DNA of 51,802 nt from Asterionella formosa (taxonomy: Eukaryota), in assembly GCA_002256025.1 (NCBI GenBank), contig NKIB01013769.1:1-51802 (forward strand), read 5' to 3'. How positions within the stretch are numbered: position 1 is the stretch's first letter; every line of letters starts with the position of its first letter. The notes under the pieces were generated by a model. That model was given only the letters and a program-made list of their open reading frames with translations, did no database searches and had not been told where the DNA came from. Positions 50,100 through 51,802 of the stretch are shown here, piece after piece. The translations under genes and the position numbers were made by a program.

Positions 50100-50786
50100 T
50101 TAAACAAAGTAGAATTTTGCCATGGCACCTCCAGCAGTCCGGAGGTATGCTTCCTTCTTATCTGCCATATGCTCGACAAAAGCCAGCTCCCCTTGCTTGT
50201 ACATGTACAAATTCGCTTCTTTACAAAGTCCCTTTCTAATGAACTCTCTCACCACGAGTTCCCAACCATGCTCCGCGTCACGATAGGTGCCCGCCCCCAA
50301 CACCGAATGTCCCTCTCGAGGAACACCAGTTGCAACCGACTTGACTGCTTCAAACGAGACTCCATCGTCCTGCTTTAACTGCAGCAAAACATCCTCTGAT
50401 TCCAATCCATTCGCTACCCACTTGCACAGCCCAGCGAGGGAAGCCACGGCTTGAGGCTGATCCCCTATAAATCCACAATCATCAATTGCTGCATCAACTA
50501 GCGGTCCACAACTCGCAGTCATGTCTGCATACTCCGTTTGCGCTCCAAATATTATATTCCTGTGTGCGTAAATCGCACTGTAGGCAATCTTTGGATTCAC
50601 TTTGAACTGATCGATCGTAACGTTGGGAGGCAGAAGCACGTATTGGCGCGACCCGTAGTGATCATCGCCGCGTCGATGCACCACGGCTGTGTCGAAAGGA
50701 TCCGCCGTAGAGAAGCATCTCTGGCCATTCCATACTAGTAGTAATCTTCGAGGAGCGCCAGAGCGCGGTATTGCCGTGCAGTACAT
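50100..50786 (-). CDS. Uncharacterised protein (~228 aa), possibly organelle-targeted
   Basis: Long uninterrupted ORF with gene-like GC/CpG content; Arg-rich, acid-free N-terminus MYCTAIPRSGAPRRLLLVWNGQRCFST. Start codon uncertain. Confidence 0.7.
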   Translation of the reverse strand: MYCTAIPRSGAPRRLLLVWNGQRCFSTADPFDTAVVHRRGDDHYGSRQYVLLPPNVTIDQFKVNPKIAYSAIYAHRNIIFGAQTEYADMTASCGPLVDAAIDDCGFIGDQPQAVASLAGLCKWVANGLESEDVLLQLKQDDGVSFEAVKSVATGVPREGHSVLGAGTYRDAEHGWELVVREFIRKGLCKEANLYMYKQGELAFVEHMADKKEAYLRTAGGAMAKFYFV

Positions 50787-51227
50787 TGAAAAGAGGCAAA
50801 ATGCGATGGAAAACGAGAGAGTGATGTCTCTTCGCCGTTTTTGTGTGGTTGAAACAAGGAATTGTTGTATCATATGTACATGCGATTCATAGTATGTATT
50901 TATCAATATAAACATAACAAAGATTCCACGCCTTCGTACATACATATGACATGTGACTTCATTGCAGTATCGTATCTACCGGTAGCATGCATGAGTTGCA
51001 TGATAAATTTTATATACACCGTGTACATAGTAGTGTCATCTACTATTTATGAATATAAAATATACCATATGTATGTAAAAATGCAATGCAGTATTGAGAC
51101 TGATGACGAGTCCAAAAACTTCCCAGTTTTGTTTGCCGATGCATTTTCAATATCATACAAAATATACCGGGATATGCCTAGACTAGGTACCAGGTACACC
51201 AGGTACGAGTATTAGTAGGAGCATGTT

Positions 51228-51802
51228 TGTCAGAGTGTGTCTGTTAGGCTGTTGATGTCGACAGGTGTCCGAAGACTAGGTAGTCTGAGGAATGTCTAAA
51301 CGGAAATAGACAGGATTTATATAGCAGAAGAATCTGCAGACGAGCGGCGTGAGAAAGATCTTGACCGGTCATTCCAGGGCAGTACTGTAGCGCGCTAGAG
51401 TAGCGCCATATATTTCAACATGGTAGCGGGCTCGTTAGTACAAGTGGTACGAGGAAGAACGTGAAAACCAGAGGTCGACAGTTCGAGTCCATCAGCAAGA
51501 ACAGAAAGAAAAAGAGAGAAGAGAAAAAGAAAAACAGAGACGTAGAAAACGAGAAGGCACTATGAGAATTCCTGTAGGAAAGGATGTGTCGAGCATACAC
51601 ATTAGGATGATGTGGTATGTCGAGCATCAACGGGAGGGTGTCAGAGTGTGTCTGTTAGGCTGTTGATGTCGACAGGCGTGAGAAAGATCTTGACCGGTCA
51701 TTCCAGGGCAGTACTGGAGCGCGCTAGAGTAGCGCCATATATTTCAACATGGTAGCGGGCTCGTTAGTACAAGTGGTACGAGGAAGAACATGAAAACCAG
51801 AG
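51228..51802 (+). mobile_element. TRIM-like miniature LTR retroelement in tandem array (LTR 51228-51420, internal 51421-51638, LTR 51639-51749, second internal from 51750)
   Basis: TGTC...AACA termini; PBS TGGTAGCGGGCTCG directly after each LTR; PPT AACGGGAGGG directly before LTR2; no coding capacity. Confidence 0.85.

Noticed and set aside
50787..50945. N-terminal extension of the 281-aa ORF
   Set aside because: AT-rich, non-coding-like composition; the ATG at 50786 is the more plausible start.

Overview
Eukaryotic, AT-rich, transposon-dense genomic DNA, most likely from a diatom or other stramenopile (inferred from short GT-AG introns and the element types; the species cannot be determined). 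Four genes look intact: APC10 (7818-8495, -), a 4-exon secreted M11/gametolysin-type metalloprotease with a Pro/Thr stalk (37662-35281, -), 26S proteasome ATPase RPT2 (48308-49651, +) and an uncharacterised protein (50786-50100, -). Most of the rest is decayed mobile DNA: Copia, LINE, Plavaka/CMC-like transposase, two Ulp1-like protease remnants and a MULE transposase. Best leads: (1) a family of ~1.2-kb non-autonomous TTAA-target, GG..CC-ended (Kolobok-like) elements whose internal long hairpin shows compensatory covariation across four copies, with a probable empty insertion site in the same window; (2) a ~6.6-kb unit with ~470-bp near-identical direct repeats around a MULE transposase, an LRR fragment and a 2OG-Fe(II) dioxygenase-like gene; (3) a tandem TRIM-like mini LTR element at the right edge. 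All alignments were done by eye, so the boundaries of degraded elements are approximate.
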